The translations under genes and the position numbers were made by a program. The notes beneath the pieces are model-generated. The model had not been told where the DNA came from. It did no database searches and saw only the letters and a program-made list of their open reading frames with translations. 18,562 nt of DNA from Candidatus Zixiibacteriota bacterium (GTDB lineage Bacteria; Zixibacteria; MSB-5A5; GN15; FEB-12), in assembly GCA_041742355.1 (NCBI GenBank), contig JBGSIV010000257.1, forward strand, positions 1 to 18,562, in the 5' to 3' direction. Each line of letters begins with the position of its first letter. The stretch's first letter is position 1. Shown here piece by piece: positions 16,068 to 18,562 of this stretch.

Positions 16068-16778
16068 ATGCCACTGTTCCGCGATAGAATCGAAGCCGGC
16101 CGTCGTCTGGCCGAAGAACTCCAGACACGACTCGACCTCACGTCGGCTCTTGTTCTCGCGCTCCCGCCCGGCGGCGTGCCGGTCGCCGGTGAGATAGCCG
16201 ATGCGTGTCAGGTCGATCTGGACATTCTCTCCGTGCAGGAAGTCTTCCCCCGGGACAATCAGGAATTCGTCATCGCGGCGGTCGCACCTGGCGACGTGTG
16301 CCTTGTAAATGAGGCGGCGGTGCGGCGGTTCGCTATCCACCCCGGCGAAATCATTTGCGAGACCATCGCCGCCCGCCAACGCCTTACGCAGCTTGAGCGG
16401 TTCTACCGCAGCGGCCGCTCCCCGCAGCCAATCCGTGGCCGCGACGTCGTCCTTGTCGACGACGGTTCTTCGAGCCGCCTCCGCCTGCGCGCCGCTTTCC
16501 GGGCGCTGCGGCTGGCCGGCCCCCGGCGGATAGTCGCCGCTTTCCCCACCGCCATTCCCTCGGTCGCCGATCTCATCGGCGCCAAAGCCGACGAGGTCGT
16601 CTGTGTCATGGCCCCCCAACCCTTCATCGAAGTAGCCCGATGGTACGCGAGCGCCCCCAGGGTCAGCCACATCGACGTTCAGGCCGCCCTGTGGAACACG
16701 ATCAGCCGAAGTTCAGCGTCGCCGGCTCTGCGAACCCGGCGGACCTCCGATGGAATCAGGTACGAAAGGAGAAGTTAG
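16068..16778 (+). CDS. Phosphoribosyltransferase-family protein (degenerate active-site motifs)
   Basis: FRDRIEAGRRLA, LALPPGGVPVA, GRDVVLVDDG, ADEVVC...P..F..V..WY; GAGGAGAGG RBS. Confidence 0.85.
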   Translation: MPLFRDRIEAGRRLAEELQTRLDLTSALVLALPPGGVPVAGEIADACQVDLDILSVQEVFPRDNQEFVIAAVAPGDVCLVNEAAVRRFAIHPGEIICETIAARQRLTQLERFYRSGRSPQPIRGRDVVLVDDGSSSRLRLRAAFRALRLAGPRRIVAAFPTAIPSVADLIGAKADEVVCVMAPQPFIEVARWYASAPRVSHIDVQAALWNTISRSSASPALRTRRTSDGIRYERRS

Positions 16779-16782
16779 ACCT

Positions 16783-17016
16783 ATGCCCAAGTGTGAACAG
16801 TGTGGCAACGATTACGATAAGGCTTTTGAAGTCCGCATTGGCGGCGATACCCACGTATTCGACAGCCTCGAGTGCGCCGCGACCGTTCTCGCGCCCACCT
16901 GCAAGCGGTGCGGCGCGCGCATCCTCGGCCATGGCATGGAAGCCGGCGGCAACATGTACTGCTGTGCTCACTGCGCCTCAATGGAAGGCCATGAGGAGAT
17001 GCGCGACCGCGTGTAA
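16783..17016 (+). CDS. Small Cys-rich metal-binding protein (prokaryotic metallothionein-like)
   Basis: CEQCGNDYDKAF, FDSLECA, APTCKRCG, GHGME, YCCAHCA; AAGGAG RBS. Confidence 0.8.
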   Translation: MPKCEQCGNDYDKAFEVRIGGDTHVFDSLECAATVLAPTCKRCGARILGHGMEAGGNMYCCAHCASMEGHEEMRDRV

Positions 17017-17181
17017 GACTGATTGCGGTAGCCCGGATCTACCCTGCCTCGCCCGGCCCCTCACCCGCTGATACTCCCCGAACGCGACTGCTCCAGGCCT
17101 CGCCGGGAACCGGAATTCGATTTGAACCTGCCCGGCCGTATACGTCCATCCCCGGCCGGCCAAATGAAAGGATGATCAGTC

Positions 17182-17583
17182 ATGGACAGAACCCGCAGTG
17201 CCTGGCCTACGACGTCGCTGGCCGTACTCGCTCTGGCTGCGTTTGCTATTCTTGGCATGGGTTGTGACGACGACGACGCTGACGGTCCAAGCGGGCCCGA
17301 TCCGCGCGGCGATAACGAGGTGACCATGCGAAACCTGGATTTCTCTCCGGATACGCTCTCGGTTCCCAGCGGCACCGAGGTCACGTGGACCAACGACGAC
17401 GAGGTAGCCCACACCGTGCGCAGCGGTGATTCCGGTGCTCCGACCGACCTGCTTAACAGCGGCAACATCCCGCCCGGCCAGACCTACACTTTCACATTCA
17501 CCAATGACGACGACATACCTGACACGATCGACTACTTCTGCGAGATCCATCCCGAAATGACGGGCGTCATCATCGTCGAGTGA
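17182..17583 (+). CDS. Cupredoxin (plastocyanin/amicyanin-like) lipoprotein
   Basis: LGMGC lipobox; FSPDTL.V..GT.VTWTN.D...HTV; YFCEIHPEM (type 1 Cu ligands H, C, H, M). Confidence 0.9.
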   Translation: MDRTRSAWPTTSLAVLALAAFAILGMGCDDDDADGPSGPDPRGDNEVTMRNLDFSPDTLSVPSGTEVTWTNDDEVAHTVRSGDSGAPTDLLNSGNIPPGQTYTFTFTNDDDIPDTIDYFCEIHPEMTGVIIVE

Positions 17584-17592
17584 ACGCCGCAC

Positions 17593-18393
17593 ATGAATGA
17601 TCATCCCGCCTTTTACATCGGCACCTCCGGCTGGAACTACCGTCATTGGAAGGGGCCGTTCTATCCTCCCGGCCTCAGAGCCACGGAACTGCTCCCGTTC
17701 TACCGGGAGCGGTTCTCGACCGTCGAGATCAACAACTCGTTTTACATCCTTCCCACGGCCGACACGTTCGCTGCGTGGCGGCGCACGGCCGGGGAGGACT
17801 TCTGCTTTGCGGTGAAGGCGAGCCGCTTCATCACGCACATGAAGAAGCTCAAGGAACCGGAAGAGCCGATTGCCCGGCTGCTGGGCCGGGTCGAGGCGCT
17901 CGGTCCGACGCTTGGTCCTATCCTGTTTCAGCTCCCGCCGCGCTGGCGGTACAACCGCGAGCGGTTCGAGCACTTTCTGGCCGCCCTTCCATCCTCCCAC
18001 CGCTTCGCGATAGAATTTCGCGAGGCGTCGTGGTGGCACGACGAGGTGTACACCCTGCTGCGCCGGGCCAATGTCGCTTTCTGCATCTTCGATCTGGCTG
18101 GCCGCCAGTCGCCGCCCATCGTGACGGCCGACTTCGTGTACGTTCGCCTCCATGGCCCCGAGGGGGCCTACCAGGGGCGGTACGGCAGTGACCGCCTCTC
18201 ACACTGGCTGCGGCGCTTCCGCGAGTGGTCCGAGGGGCGGCGCGACCTCTACTGCTACTTCGACAACGACCAGAACGGCTACGCCCCGCACGACGCCCTG
18301 GACCTGAACGACCTCCTCCGGTCCAACGGGTCTGGACCCGAACGCACTGGAAAGGGAAGAGACGCGTGGAAACCCGCATTATCGATACGCTGA
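17593..18393 (+). CDS. DUF72 (YecE-like) protein
   Basis: IGTSGWNY.HW, VEINNSFY, F.VKASRFITH, LFQLPP, EFR..SW, YVRLHG, YFDND. Confidence 0.93.
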   Translation: MNDHPAFYIGTSGWNYRHWKGPFYPPGLRATELLPFYRERFSTVEINNSFYILPTADTFAAWRRTAGEDFCFAVKASRFITHMKKLKEPEEPIARLLGRVEALGPTLGPILFQLPPRWRYNRERFEHFLAALPSSHRFAIEFREASWWHDEVYTLLRRANVAFCIFDLAGRQSPPIVTADFVYVRLHGPEGAYQGRYGSDRLSHWLRRFREWSEGRRDLYCYFDNDQNGYAPHDALDLNDLLRSNGSGPERTGKGRDAWKPALSIR

Positions 18394-18562
18394 ATATGGA
18401 AACCTCCCGCATCGGCCTGGGCACCTGGGCTATCGGCGGCGCCATGTGGGGCGGCAGCGACGCCGAGACCGGCATCGCCACGATCCGGGCCGCCCTAGAG
18501 CGCGGTATCAACGTCATCGACACCGCCCCCGCGTACGGCTTCGGCAAGGCCGAGGAGATTGT
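18366..18562 (+). CDS. Aldo/keto reductase (5' part, runs off window)
   Basis: Not in ORF track. GTG 18366 reads METRIIDTLNMETSRIGLGTWAIGGAMWGGSD...IRAALERGINVIDTAPAYGFGKAEEI; overlaps the DUF72 end. Confidence 0.9.
   Translation, partial: METRIIDTLNMETSRIGLGTWAIGGAMWGGSDAETGIATIRAALERGINVIDTAPAYGFGKAEEI

Noticed and set aside
17123..17146. Second ECF-like promoter TGAAC-N15-CGTC before the cupredoxin
   Set aside because: Spacer is shorter than the usual 16-17 nt; not supportable.
18366..18413. Short duplication TGGAAACC..CGCAT (METR/METSR) at the AKR start
   Set aside because: Only two short copies, consistent with ordinary coding sequence; it merely leaves the start codon ambiguous.

Overview
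GC-rich bacterial chromosomal window with about 18 genes, no rRNA/tRNA/CRISPR array and no transposase. In order: tail of an upstream gene; a large membrane-embedded spermidine-synthase-like SAM-domain protein; a class I methyltransferase; a DAACS symporter; a DUF47-PiT phosphate transport pair; a signal-peptide-bearing GT8-like protein; a DUF6265-like protein; a solitary N6-adenine DNA methyltransferase with a PglX/Eco57I-like C-terminus beside a 5'-broken NTPase; a class V aminotransferase (cysteine desulfurase-like); two tandem lipoprotein caspase-family (peptidase C14) paralogs; and a stress-type cluster (DUF2267, degenerate PRTase, Cys-rich metal-binding protein, cupredoxin lipoprotein, DUF72, aldo/keto reductase). 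The most unusual signals are: (i) each caspase paralog has its own promoter and a homologous leader of about 170 nt, with an orphan AAGGAGGT, a TGAA-loop hairpin and an out-of-frame uORF sharing ATKPP; (ii) an exact 18-nt-period Asp-Ser repeat inserted in the SAM domain that matches the Bacteroidota O-glycosylation sequon; (iii) a multi-stem element of about 120 nt upstream of the phosphate operon. All family calls come from motif recognition by eye; no searches were run.
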